Source: Phycisphaerae bacterium
GTDB taxonomy: Bacteria > Planctomycetota > Phycisphaerae > UBA1845
DNA: 64,000 nucleotides
Assembly (NCBI GenBank): GCA_963666835.2
Contig: CAXXGO010000001.1
Coordinates: 1,248,001-1,312,000 of the forward strand
Direction: 5' to 3'
The position numbers and the translations under genes are program-made. The notes beneath the pieces are model-generated. The model was not told the DNA's origin. It worked only from the letters and a program-made list of their open reading frames with translations, and did no database searches. Positions within the stretch are counted from its first letter, which is position 1. Each line of letters opens with the position of its first letter. Positions 18,088 to 28,500 of the stretch are shown piece by piece.

Positions 18088-19203
18088 ATGCCCTCTATCT
18101 TGAAAGCCTCTGCCGTCGTGGTTCTCGCCCTTTTCGTTCCGGGTGCGCTCGCGCAACCTGCCGCAGACGAACCCACCACGCCCAACAGCGCGCTGCCCGA
18201 CCTTCCCAACGCCCAACTGGCTTCGCCCGGCGGTCCTTCCAGCCCGCCGGCGCTCGCTGAAGCCTCCGCCGGGCGCGTGTCCGAGCTGACCAAACAGGCG
18301 GACGCGACCGCGGACCCGGCCTTGCGCGCTGAACTGCTTTCGACCGCCGCAAACGAGATTCTCGCCTATCAGGTTGCCTGGGCTTGCACTTGTCGGTTCT
18401 TGTCGATAACGGTCGATCGGGGCGCCCCGCCGGAAGGTGAGTCACGCGCCGCGCTGGATCGGGTCGATGCGTTGTTGACCGCGGCCGGCGGCGCCGCGAA
18501 AGAAGCCCCGTCGAAACCAGAATCAGCGGCGGACCCCGCAATCACGCCGGAGAGTCCGCCGAAAAGCGAGCCCGCGTTGGAGACTTCGCGCGATTTGCTC
18601 CGGGAAGTCGAAACTCTCCAGGCCTTCGCCCGGGCGCTTCGGGTCTACCTGTCCAACGATGCCGACACCGATGCGGTTCGCGCCGCGGCGTCGGAGCTGT
18701 CCGTGCTGTTGGAGGAATCGGACAAACGTGTGGTGGCCGCGGCCGCGTTGTGGCAGGGCTGCTTGCGCAACCGTACGAGCGAGCCGTCCCGCGTCTTGAC
18801 TCTGCTGGCTCCGGCTCTGGCCGACCCCACGCCGGAAGGTATGCCGTTTGCGCTATTTGCCCGCCTGCTGCGCTGTCGAGTGCTGGCCGCCGAGGATGGC
18901 CACGCCGTGGCGTTGGCGCTGCTCACCCAAATCGACGAGCGCTGCGAGCGCTGGTTCACCGATGACTCCGACCGGGCAAACGCTCGCCGGACAATCGCAT
19001 TGGTACGGATGAACATCCTAGCCGCATGGTATGACCGTCTGACCAAGCCCGAAGACTCCGCCGCCCGCCAATGGTGCGCAGATCGCATAGAGATGCTCAA
19101 GACCGAGTACTTCTCCGACGGCCCGCCTGTGATCCTGCCAATCGCCCCGGCCGTGCCTATGATTGCCGCGACGGCCCCGGTTGAACCGGGCGAGGGTTCA
19201 TAG
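18088..19203 (+). CDS. secreted alpha-helical hypothetical protein
   Basis: ATG 18088 with GGGAG RBS; signal MPSILKASAVVVLALFVPGALA-Q. Confidence 0.7.
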   Translation: MPSILKASAVVVLALFVPGALAQPAADEPTTPNSALPDLPNAQLASPGGPSSPPALAEASAGRVSELTKQADATADPALRAELLSTAANEILAYQVAWACTCRFLSITVDRGAPPEGESRAALDRVDALLTAAGGAAKEAPSKPESAADPAITPESPPKSEPALETSRDLLREVETLQAFARALRVYLSNDADTDAVRAAASELSVLLEESDKRVVAAAALWQGCLRNRTSEPSRVLTLLAPALADPTPEGMPFALFARLLRCRVLAAEDGHAVALALLTQIDERCERWFTDDSDRANARRTIALVRMNILAAWYDRLTKPEDSAARQWCADRIEMLKTEYFSDGPPVILPIAPAVPMIAATAPVEPGEGS

Positions 19204-19302
19204 GATACCCGGACCGACTGAACGGTTAGACCTCCGCCAGTCTGCGATTGCCCGGCGTTCCGCCCGCCCACAGCCGGTTAACGCCGGAATCCCGCCCGGC
19301 CT

Positions 19303-19320
19303 GTTTACACACCGTTTACA
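19303..19320 (+). promoter_or_regulatory. tandem direct repeat GTTTACA-N4-GTTTACA, candidate OmpR/PhoB-family binding site
   Basis: ctGTTTACAcaccGTTTACAtc, 11-bp period, upstream of the gene run encoding an OmpR-type regulator. Confidence 0.55.
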
Positions 19321-19542
19321 TCCCCACCGCCGGTTATGGCGTACGCTTAAGTAGTCGAACTTACAGACTCCCGGTGGGGCGGATCCTGCCGACAACGCCT
19401 GACCAAGGCGTGGCCGGTTCAGCCGACACCGTTTTGGAATGTCGGGCCGTTCGACGACCGGCGAAGAAGTGAGACCAGGTTGAGTGGAACGAACGCCGTT
19501 TCGACTCGGCAACGAGACCCAAACCCAATAGGAGACACGATC

Positions 19543-20826
19543 ATGACAGTGCCAACAAACACCACCGCAACCGTGCCGTCGACCGCCAAGCGGGCGTGCC
19601 CGCGTTCCCGTTTACAGCTCGGTAGGGTCCGCTGTGCGGACCGAACTTCACAGAGAACCTCGGAGAATGTAACGGCCCGCCCAGCGGGCGTCACGCGTGC
19701 GGTCTTATTCGCCGCCGCCTTGTGTCTGATCATCGCTCTTGCGGCCCAGGCCCCGCGGGTTTCCGCCACGACGATTGACGAAGCCCGTCCCGTCGATCTG
19801 GTCATTGCTCTCGACACATCCGGCAGCATGACGCAACTGATCGACTCGGCTCGTGCCAAGCTTTGGGAGGTGGTTAACGAGCTTGCCCTGGCCAAGCCCA
19901 CACCGCGGCTGCGGGTGGGTCTGCTGACGTACGGCACGCCGCAACTGTCTACTGCTGCTCAGGGTTGGGTCGTGCGGCAGATGGACCTCACCGATGATCT
20001 GGACACGATCTACGCCAGAATGATGGCCATGACGACTGACGGTGGCGATGAGTACGTCGGATGGGTGCTCAACGACGCCGTGAAGACCATGAGCTGGTCA
20101 ACCGACCCGAAAGCCGCCCGGATAGTCTTTGTTGCAGGCAACGAGTCCGCCGATCAGGCGGCCGAACACTTCAACTTCCGCCAGGTCGCTGAGCACGCTC
20201 GGCAGCTCGGCATCATTATCAATGCGATCTACGCCGGCGGTGAGGCCGCCGGGATCTCTGAGCATTGGAACGAAGTGGCTCTCCACGGGGGCGGCAGCTA
20301 CACCGCCATTGATATGGCACAAGGCACAGTGCAGATCGCCACTCCGCATGACAAGGTCCTGGTTGAACTGGACGTCGAGCTGAACGCCACCTACATCCCC
20401 TACGGAATCAGAGGAGCCCAAGGTAAGGCCAATCAGCAAGCCCAGGATGCCAACGCCGCGAGCATGGGTGAGCAGTCCCGGGCAAGCCGGGCCGGTGCCA
20501 AGGCGGGCAAACTCTACAACAACGCCTACTGGGATCTCGTCGACGCGTGCCGCCAAGAGGGGTTCAAACTCGACGACGTCCGCAAGGACGATCTGCCCGA
20601 GAAGATGCGATCCATGACCATCGCGGAGCGCAAGGCCTATGTCGACGGGATGCTCAAGAGTCGGGAGGCGGTGCAAAAACGTATCCAGGAGGTTAACATC
20701 GCCCGCAGTCAGTTCCTGCAAGACGCTCAACGCGATTCCGGCAAAACCAGCCTGGACGATGCCCTTCGCCGGGCGATTCGCGAGCAGCTCCAGTCAAAGG
20801 GGTTCACTTTTTCGGATGAGCGGTAG
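19543..20826 (+). CDS. secreted vWA domain protein
   Basis: AGGAG RBS; DLVIALDTSGSM MIDAS; GGDEYVG; FVAGNE. Confidence 0.88.
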   Translation: MTVPTNTTATVPSTAKRACPRSRLQLGRVRCADRTSQRTSENVTARPAGVTRAVLFAAALCLIIALAAQAPRVSATTIDEARPVDLVIALDTSGSMTQLIDSARAKLWEVVNELALAKPTPRLRVGLLTYGTPQLSTAAQGWVVRQMDLTDDLDTIYARMMAMTTDGGDEYVGWVLNDAVKTMSWSTDPKAARIVFVAGNESADQAAEHFNFRQVAEHARQLGIIINAIYAGGEAAGISEHWNEVALHGGGSYTAIDMAQGTVQIATPHDKVLVELDVELNATYIPYGIRGAQGKANQQAQDANAASMGEQSRASRAGAKAGKLYNNAYWDLVDACRQEGFKLDDVRKDDLPEKMRSMTIAERKAYVDGMLKSREAVQKRIQEVNIARSQFLQDAQRDSGKTSLDDALRRAIREQLQSKGFTFSDER

Positions 20827-20933
20827 GCGACTGTCGGGGGCGTTCGAAACGCCAGTCGGCCGGCCCACTCATGGGATCGGCCTCAGGCAAACGTGACGGT
20901 GACGCAACTCACGGTTTTTTGGCAGGGACGATC

Positions 20934-23045
20934 ATGTTAACAACACCACGCATTTCAATAATTGGGCAAACGATGGTTGCTGTTGGTCTTGTCGTACTCG
21001 CCTCGGCCACTATCGCATCGGACAACAGCCCCGCGCTTCCACCCGAGATCGATGCGGCAACGACCGACGGACACGTTCCGGCTAGCTGGTCGTTGATTAG
21101 AGGGGCGATCTTCCAGGAGCTACGCACGACCGATTTGCTGGACTTGGCCGGACGGTTGGCGGCGGAGCCGGTCCCACAGGATCCGGTGGAGATCGTGCGG
21201 CGTTTCACTATCTTCCTCCTCGCGGGGTACCGGACACACGCCGCGGCAATGCTGGACCGTCTGGACGACAAGACGGTGGAGAGTTGGGAGCTCTTCGATG
21301 TTGTGAGTTTCCTGGCTGACCACGGGGAATGGGCTCTGGTTCGGCGTATGCAGGAACGGTATCCGCAATTGGGGCACATGCGGGCCTACGACGCCATCAA
21401 TGAATGGATCGCGACCGGGGAGCAGCCGGCCGTAATCGATGATTGGCTGGCAGCCCGGGCCGAAGCGGAGCCCGATCTCTGGGTTCCGATGCGGATGTGG
21501 TTCCGGGCGAGCATGGGAACTCAGGAGGAACTCCTGCAATCGCTCGAAGAAGACTGCAAGGCCAATCCGACCGACGGAACCAAAGCGCGCGTCTACCTCC
21601 AAGAAGTGGGGCACGCGAAATCGCCCCCGGCGTTGGATTGGATGGGTGAAATCTGCCGGCCTGAGTTTGCTCGGGACAGCTACCGGATTGGCGAGATGTT
21701 GTGGGCTCGAGGCACTCCCGGCGCGGCGTGCCGGTTGCTCGAGCACTCGCTAGCCACTCCTATGACCTGGCAAGACGTCGTCCCCACGCAGAGGGTGACT
21801 ACGCAGCAAAGAGATACGCGATCATCACCGGATGAGAGCTTGCTCCGTGATATGACCAATCGTGCCTTGCTGAAATGCTACGGAGAGCTGGGCTATACCG
21901 ACAAGTCCGAGAAGTTGATGGCGGAGTTGCTTCAGAACGAGGGCACCAAGGAATCCCCTCGACGCTTGGTGGACTTAGGCCGACTGTCCGGTGAGATTGG
22001 AGCGAAGCGGGCTCGCGCCCACGCTGGTGATCTCCTGCAAAGCCGGGAAAGCGAAGAAGGAGATTCGCCCGAGTATTGGCTCGCTCGTGCCCGCAGTCAT
22101 ATCGATTGCGGACAGACTAAGGAGGCGCTTGATGCCTTCATTAGGAGTCTCCAACTCGCACCGTACGAACCGCACCGCAGAGGAAAGGTCCCGGCAAGCA
22201 CGCGCTGTATGGCGCTGAATGCCTATTGGCGGTATCTCTGCGAGATCAACCAATCAGATAAGGCCTACCGGTTTCTGCGAACGGAGCTCAGAAGGGCGCC
22301 GGATGGCACGCAATCGGCCCATCGTACCATGGCATTCCTTCTTCAGCTTCATCGAGATTCCGGGCGGCCGATCGACCCCGATGACGATCTTCTGTGGGCC
22401 TACTTCGCAAATAATACCAAGTGGCGCTATCCAGCCAGGAATCTCCTGCGGAGCATGCTTCTTGAGACGCCGTCCGAACAACGCGATGCATTCTGGACCC
22501 GCGTTGAGAAGCTAACCCGGAACGCGGATCCCACCCGGACGCTCGAGCTGGCCGAAGTCATGTTGGATGCAGGCGAGGCCGTCCGAGCCATACCAATCCT
22601 GCAAGACCTGGCAAAGCGGGCTGATCCGAAACGCGATGGCCCTGCAATTGCAGAACTCCTGTTTACGTGCCACCTTCGTGTGCAGGATTGGCGGGCGGCG
22701 GAGAAGATCTTCGCCGATTCGGAAGGTAGGGAGCACTCTCGGACGATGGCTGGCTTACGCCAACTAGCCACCGCAGCCGGGCAGGGCGGGGCGGCGGAGG
22801 ATGCGCTGCGGTTCTGGAAGTCACGAGCGGGTCTGGACTTCACCGACCTTAACGGTCTGAAAGAACTGGCCGAAATGGGCTTGAGGGAACGCCTGCAGGA
22901 GTACTACACTGCGACGATGCAGCGGGCTCCGGACAGTTGGGTGCCTGCGAAGGCGCTGCAACTCCTGAGCGAAGAGGAGCGAGATGACCAAAACGTGCAT
23001 CCTGGTAATCGAAGACGACGCGGCCATTCGCGAGGGGATCGTTGA
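20934..23045 (+). CDS. secreted alpha-helical/TPR-like hypothetical protein
   Basis: Long ORF with signal peptide; 3' end overlaps the response regulator by 62 nt. Confidence 0.7.
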   Translation: MLTTPRISIIGQTMVAVGLVVLASATIASDNSPALPPEIDAATTDGHVPASWSLIRGAIFQELRTTDLLDLAGRLAAEPVPQDPVEIVRRFTIFLLAGYRTHAAAMLDRLDDKTVESWELFDVVSFLADHGEWALVRRMQERYPQLGHMRAYDAINEWIATGEQPAVIDDWLAARAEAEPDLWVPMRMWFRASMGTQEELLQSLEEDCKANPTDGTKARVYLQEVGHAKSPPALDWMGEICRPEFARDSYRIGEMLWARGTPGAACRLLEHSLATPMTWQDVVPTQRVTTQQRDTRSSPDESLLRDMTNRALLKCYGELGYTDKSEKLMAELLQNEGTKESPRRLVDLGRLSGEIGAKRARAHAGDLLQSRESEEGDSPEYWLARARSHIDCGQTKEALDAFIRSLQLAPYEPHRRGKVPASTRCMALNAYWRYLCEINQSDKAYRFLRTELRRAPDGTQSAHRTMAFLLQLHRDSGRPIDPDDDLLWAYFANNTKWRYPARNLLRSMLLETPSEQRDAFWTRVEKLTRNADPTRTLELAEVMLDAGEAVRAIPILQDLAKRADPKRDGPAIAELLFTCHLRVQDWRAAEKIFADSEGREHSRTMAGLRQLATAAGQGGAAEDALRFWKSRAGLDFTDLNGLKELAEMGLRERLQEYYTATMQRAPDSWVPAKALQLLSEEERDDQNVHPGNRRRRGHSRGDR

Positions 23046-23691
23046 CGCCCTTGCCTTCCAGGGCTTTGCGACCCTGCAGGCGGGCGACGGGGTGACCGGG
23101 GCGGAGATGGCCGCGTCGGGCGAGTACGATCTTCTGCTACTCGATCTGGTTCTGCCAGGTCGCGATGGTCTGGAGATCCTGCAGGAGCTGCGGAAGCTCC
23201 GCCCGACGATTCCGGTGATCATTCTCACCGCCCGCGGAGGAGAGCAAGACCGCGTCCGGGGGCTTCGGCTCGGCGCAGACGACTACGTAGTGAAGCCCTT
23301 CAGTGTGGACGAGCTGCTGGCCCGGGTTGACGCCGTGTTGCGTCGATCACCGGAACGACCCTCCGACGTGAGTGGCATTCGGTTCCCCGGCGGCGAGGTC
23401 GATTTCGCCAGGTGCGAAGTGCGTTACGACGGCGGCGAACGCGCAGAGTTGTCCGAGCGGGAGCGGGAGTTGCTCCGGTATTTGGTCTGCAACAGCGGCC
23501 GGGCTATCTCGAGAGAGGAGATTCTGTCGCACGTTTGGCGTCTTGATCCGCGCGGCGTTACCACGCGGACTATCGACGTGCATATTGGCCGACTTCGCGA
23601 AAAGCTCCGCGACGACCCGTCCGACCCGCGGGTTCTTCTGACCGTGCGGGGCAAGGGCTACATGATCGCGAAGATCGAGGCTTTGCCATGA
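22984..23691 (+). CDS. OmpR/PhoB-family response regulator
   Basis: ILVIEDD, LLLLDLVLPGRDG, GADDYVVKPF; winged helix RTIDVHIGRLREKL...TVRGKGY. Confidence 0.96.
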   Translation: MTKTCILVIEDDAAIREGIVDALAFQGFATLQAGDGVTGAEMAASGEYDLLLLDLVLPGRDGLEILQELRKLRPTIPVIILTARGGEQDRVRGLRLGADDYVVKPFSVDELLARVDAVLRRSPERPSDVSGIRFPGGEVDFARCEVRYDGGERAELSERERELLRYLVCNSGRAISREEILSHVWRLDPRGVTTRTIDVHIGRLREKLRDDPSDPRVLLTVRGKGYMIAKIEALP

Positions 23692-25463
23692 GCCGCCCCT
23701 GGCAAGTCTGGATGCTCTTTGCCGCGGGCTTGGCTCTGGTGCTGGCGGCCATGGGGTGGATCAGCCTCATCGCATTCCGGCTGGAGCGATCGGAACACCA
23801 AGCCCGGTGTAATGCCGTGCTGGAGGAGAACGTCCAGTTAGCTCTGTGGCGAATGGAGGCGGCTCTGGCTCCGATGATCGCCGAAGAGAACGGGCGGCCG
23901 TATGTCGCCTACAGGTCCTTCTTCGACCCGGGACAGGCCTACGCTCGGTACCTGGACGGGGCGGTTTCCAGCGAGACTCTCGTGCCGTCTCCGCTGCTTA
24001 CCGGTCGCCCGGCCAACACGCTCGTTCACTTTCAGATCGATCCGCAGGACCGTCTTTCGTCGCCGCAAGTGCCGGCGGAAGAACTGCGGAAACCGGCGGA
24101 GAGCAAGTACCTTGCTGCGGAGGTTGTTGCCTCCTCGGCCGCGGAGTTGGAGGAGCTGAAATCACTGCTCGATGTGCCGAAACTGCGCGAGCTGCTTTGC
24201 CGGCCGTTCCTCACCCTCGGCCCGGACGCGCCAATAGAACGTTCCGATACGCAACTCGATGAGGTCTTCGGTCAGATGATGGCCGAGCAGTCGCAGATGA
24301 AGCAGGCCCGGCAGCGAGGCCCCACCGAACAGCGTGCCCGTTTCCAGCAGGCTGCTTCGAATGTAGTGGTTCCCGCGGCGCCGCTGACCGACGATCGGAA
24401 AGCAGTGGGCAGCCCGATCAGGGCGTTGTGGATGAACGGTGCGCTCATGCTGGCCCGACGAGTGCAGACGGACGGGGGGGAGTATGTTCAAGGCTGTCGG
24501 CTCGATTGGCCGGCGATCGAACTAAGGCTCAAGGAGAAGATCGCCGATCTCCTTCCCGATGCTGATCTCGAGCCGGTTCAGGCTGAGACGCCCTCCGCCG
24601 AGACTCGAATGCTGGCCGCACTGCCGGTTCGACTCGTTCCGGGCGGATTACCCGCCGCGGTGGAGCAACGGCTATCGGTAATCCGCGTATCATTGGTCGT
24701 TGCGTGGATCGGGGTGCTGGTGGGGGCTCTCGCAATCGCCGCTTTGTTGGGAGGCGCTGTCTCGTTGAGCGAGCGGCGGGCGACGTTCGTTTCGGCCGTA
24801 ACTCATGAGCTCCGCACACCGTTGACCACGTTGGGCATGTACACGGATATGCTGCAAAAGGGAATGGTCCCCGGTGAGGAGAAACGTCGGCATTATCTCG
24901 CCACCATGCAGACCGAGGTACGGCGGCTTACCCACATGGTGAGCAACGTACTCGCGTTTGCCAGGTTGGAGCGAACGAAGCCGCGCCAGACTGCCGAAAG
25001 AACGGCACTTATCGAGCTGGTCCACCGCCTGCAAGACCGCTTTGCCGCCCGGGCGGGATTGGCCGATATGCAGTTTGCAGTTGATGTCGAGCCTGCGGCA
25101 CTTGATCGACGGGTGATGGCCGATCCGGACCTCGTCGAGCAGATCCTGTTCAACCTGGTCGATAACGCCTGCAAGTACGCCGGTGGGGGCGAGAATCCCG
25201 TTATTCACTGGGAGATCTCCGCAACACGCAGAACTGTGGTCATGCGAATTCGGGATCACGGCCCGGGCATCCCGGACTCGGAACTACGGCGGATCTTCCG
25301 TGCTTTCAGCAAGTCCGCCAAAGATGCCGCCCATTCCGCGCCGGGCGTGGGTCTGGGTCTTTCGCTCGCCCGGCGACTGGCTCGCAGTGTCGGTGGCGAT
25401 CTCCAACTCGATCCCCGTTGCCGGGAGGGGGCGTGCTTTGTGCTCACTCTGCCGGCCGCCTGA
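23688..25463 (+). CDS. sensor histidine kinase
   Basis: Two TMs; H-box FVSAVTHELRTPL; NLVDNACKY; DHGPGI; GVGLGL; ATGA overlap with the regulator. Confidence 0.95.
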   Translation: MSRPWQVWMLFAAGLALVLAAMGWISLIAFRLERSEHQARCNAVLEENVQLALWRMEAALAPMIAEENGRPYVAYRSFFDPGQAYARYLDGAVSSETLVPSPLLTGRPANTLVHFQIDPQDRLSSPQVPAEELRKPAESKYLAAEVVASSAAELEELKSLLDVPKLRELLCRPFLTLGPDAPIERSDTQLDEVFGQMMAEQSQMKQARQRGPTEQRARFQQAASNVVVPAAPLTDDRKAVGSPIRALWMNGALMLARRVQTDGGEYVQGCRLDWPAIELRLKEKIADLLPDADLEPVQAETPSAETRMLAALPVRLVPGGLPAAVEQRLSVIRVSLVVAWIGVLVGALAIAALLGGAVSLSERRATFVSAVTHELRTPLTTLGMYTDMLQKGMVPGEEKRRHYLATMQTEVRRLTHMVSNVLAFARLERTKPRQTAERTALIELVHRLQDRFAARAGLADMQFAVDVEPAALDRRVMADPDLVEQILFNLVDNACKYAGGGENPVIHWEISATRRTVVMRIRDHGPGIPDSELRRIFRAFSKSAKDAAHSAPGVGLGLSLARRLARSVGGDLQLDPRCREGACFVLTLPAA

Positions 25464-25488
25464 TCGACTGCGGAAGCCAGACCAGTCG

Positions 25489-26274
25489 TTATTGCCCGAT
25501 CGTTCTCCCACCGTCGATGGGAAGGTTGACGCCGGTAACGTAGGAAGCGGCCGGGCAGGCCAGAAAGCCGACTACGGCCGCGAATTCTCTGGGGTCGGCG
25601 AATCGGCCGATTGGAACCGACGCGGCCATGCGCTGGGCGACCTCGTCCGAACTTACACCGTCGCGCTTCGCCCATACGCGGAGGATTGCCCGTAACCGGT
25701 CCGTATCCACGAAGCCCGGTAGCACGTTGTTGACCGTAATACCGAAGGGGGCCAGTTCCATAGCCGAGGTTTTGCCCCAATTCGCCACGGCCCCGCGGAT
25801 GGTATTCGATACCCCTAGCCCGCGAATCGGCAGAAGCACCGAAGTAGAGATAACGTTGATTATCCGGCCGAAGCCTGCCGCCTTCATCCCCGGCACCAGG
25901 GACTGCGCTAGACGCTGAAAGCAGAGCACGTGGTTGGAGAATGCCTGGGCAAGGTCGTCTGATGAAGCATCAAGCAGCGCCCCGGCCGGTGGACCGCCGG
26001 TGTTATTGACCAGAATGTGAATCGCCCCGGCCGCCCGAACATGCTTGTCGACTGCCTGCTGCAGGCCGGCCGGGTCCGATGAGTCGGCGCAAATGTAATC
26101 GTGAGTCTGCCCCGCCTCCGTGTTGAGATTCCCCGCCACGTCCTTGAGGGCCTTCGCATCGCGCGCTACCAACGTCACGGCCGCCCCGAGGTTTGCCAGT
26201 TGCTCCGCGCACGCCCGGCCTATCCCTCTTGATGCTCCGCCTACCAATGCTCGTCGACCCTGCAGCGAGTCCAT
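25489..26274 (-). CDS. SDR family oxidoreductase
   Basis: GASRGIG, LVNNTGGP, VNNVLPG, IDGG; AAGGAGG RBS; catalytic YxxxK replaced by SNTIR (atypical SDR subtype). Confidence 0.92.
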   Translation of the reverse strand: MDSLQGRRALVGGASRGIGRACAEQLANLGAAVTLVARDAKALKDVAGNLNTEAGQTHDYICADSSDPAGLQQAVDKHVRAAGAIHILVNNTGGPPAGALLDASSDDLAQAFSNHVLCFQRLAQSLVPGMKAAGFGRIINVISTSVLLPIRGLGVSNTIRGAVANWGKTSAMELAPFGITVNNVLPGFVDTDRLRAILRVWAKRDGVSSDEVAQRMAASVPIGRFADPREFAAVVGFLACPAASYVTGVNLPIDGGRTIGQ

Positions 26275-26479
26275 ACACAATACCTCCTTCTTGTCGAGCC
26301 CAAGGCTACGAGGGTGAGACCTGCTCCGCAAGCGGGGTACAGCGCGTTGGAGTCGGATAGCAGCTCAGCGCCCGAGCGTGCTTGCCGTTGGTCGGTTGGG
26401 CGGCTACCTTTCACGTGGTCTCTTCAAGCGGATAGCATGTGCGAGAGGGTACTTACGATCATTGACGGACAACCGGGCG

Positions 26480-27574
26480 ATGGTAAACGGGCGGGTAGGT
26501 GCAGAAAGGACGGATGAACCGGCAGCGCGGAAGCGCCGGTGCGACACTTCCTCGCGGTTGTGGCGGGAGTGGTGCTTCGTTCGGGCTGCTTTCATCCGCT
26601 TTCGCGGTCGCCTGCTGCTGATCGCCGTGATTCTGTTGGGCGGGGGGCTGCTGTTCCAGCGCCTGGAGCCGGAGAAGGGGCACTCGTTACTTCAGGCGAT
26701 GTATTTTACGTGGGCTCTGGTCTTCGGTGAGCCGCCGGAGGCTTTCCCGCAGTCTCACGTTCTGCAACTGCTGTTCTTCGCGGTGCCGGTTCTGGGGCTG
26801 ACCGTCATCATCGAGGGAATCGTCGACCTGGCTTTTCTTCTTCGTGATCGGAAACGCTATGAACGAGGGTGGTGTTGTATGATGGCTTCATCGATGTCCG
26901 GTCACGTGGTTCTCGTCGGTTTCGGCAAGCTGGGGTTCCGCACGTTTCTTCATCTAAGAGACCTGGGCTCGTCGGTTGTTGTTATTGAACGAGATCCCGG
27001 CAACCAGTTTCTCGAGGACGTTCGCCAGGACGGATCACCTTTGCTGATCGGTGACGCCCGACGCGAGGCGATATTGCACGACGCCAACATCGCCAAGGCT
27101 CGGGCGATTGTACTGGCCACCGACGATGACCTCACCAACTTGGAGGTGGCTTTGGACGCGCAGAAGATCGCCCCCGACATCCGAGTGGTTCTGCGGATGT
27201 TCGATCAGAACATGGCGGACAAGGTGGCAGACAGCTTCAATATTCACGTGGCCATGTCTCAGTCGGCGATATCCGCACCGGCCTTCGCGACCGTGGCCGT
27301 CGAGCCTTCGGTCATCTCCGGCACGGTGGTCGGCGAGAATCTGATCGCGATTCAGCGCTGGCATGTCCGGGCCGGTGGCCCCCTGTGCGGCAAAACGGTG
27401 GCCGATGTCATGGTCGACTACCACCTGGGGGTGACGGAGCACCGCTCAAAGGCGGCGGGGGCGACTCTTTTCCCACCTCCCGACACTCCGCTGGTTGACG
27501 GCGACGAACTGCTCGTCCAGGGGACGCTTGAAGGGCTCAAGTCGCTCAAGATCGCCGTAAGCGGCGTTGTCTGA
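26480..27574 (+). CDS. potassium channel-like protein with TrkA-N/TrkA-C (RCK) domains
   Basis: Two TMs with pore-like segment; HVVLVGFGKLG; IGDAR; TDDDLTNL; C-terminal GDELLVQG. Confidence 0.85.
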   Translation: MVNGRVGAERTDEPAARKRRCDTSSRLWREWCFVRAAFIRFRGRLLLIAVILLGGGLLFQRLEPEKGHSLLQAMYFTWALVFGEPPEAFPQSHVLQLLFFAVPVLGLTVIIEGIVDLAFLLRDRKRYERGWCCMMASSMSGHVVLVGFGKLGFRTFLHLRDLGSSVVVIERDPGNQFLEDVRQDGSPLLIGDARREAILHDANIAKARAIVLATDDDLTNLEVALDAQKIAPDIRVVLRMFDQNMADKVADSFNIHVAMSQSAISAPAFATVAVEPSVISGTVVGENLIAIQRWHVRAGGPLCGKTVADVMVDYHLGVTEHRSKAAGATLFPPPDTPLVDGDELLVQGTLEGLKSLKIAVSGVV

Positions 27575-27596
27575 TTGCGGGGAAGGGATGAAGGCG

Positions 27597-28346
27597 TCAG
27601 AGCGGACGGGCGAGGATTCCGTCCACCACGTTGAAGAACTCCTCCGGCTTCTCCAACATCATAAGATGACCGGTTCCGGCGATTTCCGCATCTGATCGGG
27701 CGGCCGCACGTACGAAGTCGGGCACGTCCCACGCCGCGGCCGATCGCTCGCCTGCGATCAGGTGGATACCGATGCCGCCGTCGACGACGCTTCGCACCAG
27801 TGCCATGTACGCCGGATCGCCGGTTTCCTTCACAATAGCCCGCGACATTGCGTGGAGAGTTCCTGCCGGTTGAAAGTCCAGGATGCCGGCCGCCCAATCG
27901 ATGCGCGAAGGAGTGGGCTCGAGACCCCATCGTGTCAGCGTGGCGGGTACGTCGGCTTGCATGGCCTGACAGTCCTGTGACCACCGTTCAGGGGTCTTGG
28001 CCGCGATGGAGCCGGCCCAGAAGGCGTCTTTCAACGTGAAATTGCCCTCGACGTTGATGATTCCCAGGACCAACTCAGGGCGAAGGTCCGCCATGATCAT
28101 CGCCACTGCTCCGCCCATGCTGTGCCCCAGCAGCCACACCGGTTCGGAACCGGCGCCTTCGATTACCGACAGAACGTGCTCAGCTTGGCTCCTGAGAGTC
28201 AGACGCCGCTGATTGATATCGCGATAGGATCCGTAGCCGAGCAGATCGACCGTACGCACGTTTGCCCGAGGTAGGCGCAATGCGGGATCGACGCAGTCCA
28301 GCGTTCCGATCAATCCGTGGATTATCTGTAAGGTGGGGCGGTTCAC
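27597..28346 (-). CDS. alpha/beta fold hydrolase
   Basis: IHGL, DLLGYG, GHSMGG nucleophile elbow, GHLMMLEKP. Confidence 0.9.
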   Translation of the reverse strand: MNRPTLQIIHGLIGTLDCVDPALRLPRANVRTVDLLGYGSYRDINQRRLTLRSQAEHVLSVIEGAGSEPVWLLGHSMGGAVAMIMADLRPELVLGIINVEGNFTLKDAFWAGSIAAKTPERWSQDCQAMQADVPATLTRWGLEPTPSRIDWAAGILDFQPAGTLHAMSRAIVKETGDPAYMALVRSVVDGGIGIHLIAGERSAAAWDVPDFVRAAARSDAEIAGTGHLMMLEKPEEFFNVVDGILARPL

Positions 28347-28500
28347 GGTTCCTTCCGCAGACCGGAGGTTCTTCGATGTTGCAATACGATCACGCTGGAG
28401 AGTATGACGGGTCCGAGGCGCGCGGACAAGGCGGACCCCGGGGTATGTCCGGTGTCCGCCCCGCCGTTCAAACAGAATCCTCTTCGCCTCTGTGCCTCCT

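Noticed and set aside
17812..18216. 134-aa minus-strand ORF in the divergent intergenic region
   Set aside because: Overlaps the supported gene starting at 18088; no motif or RBS
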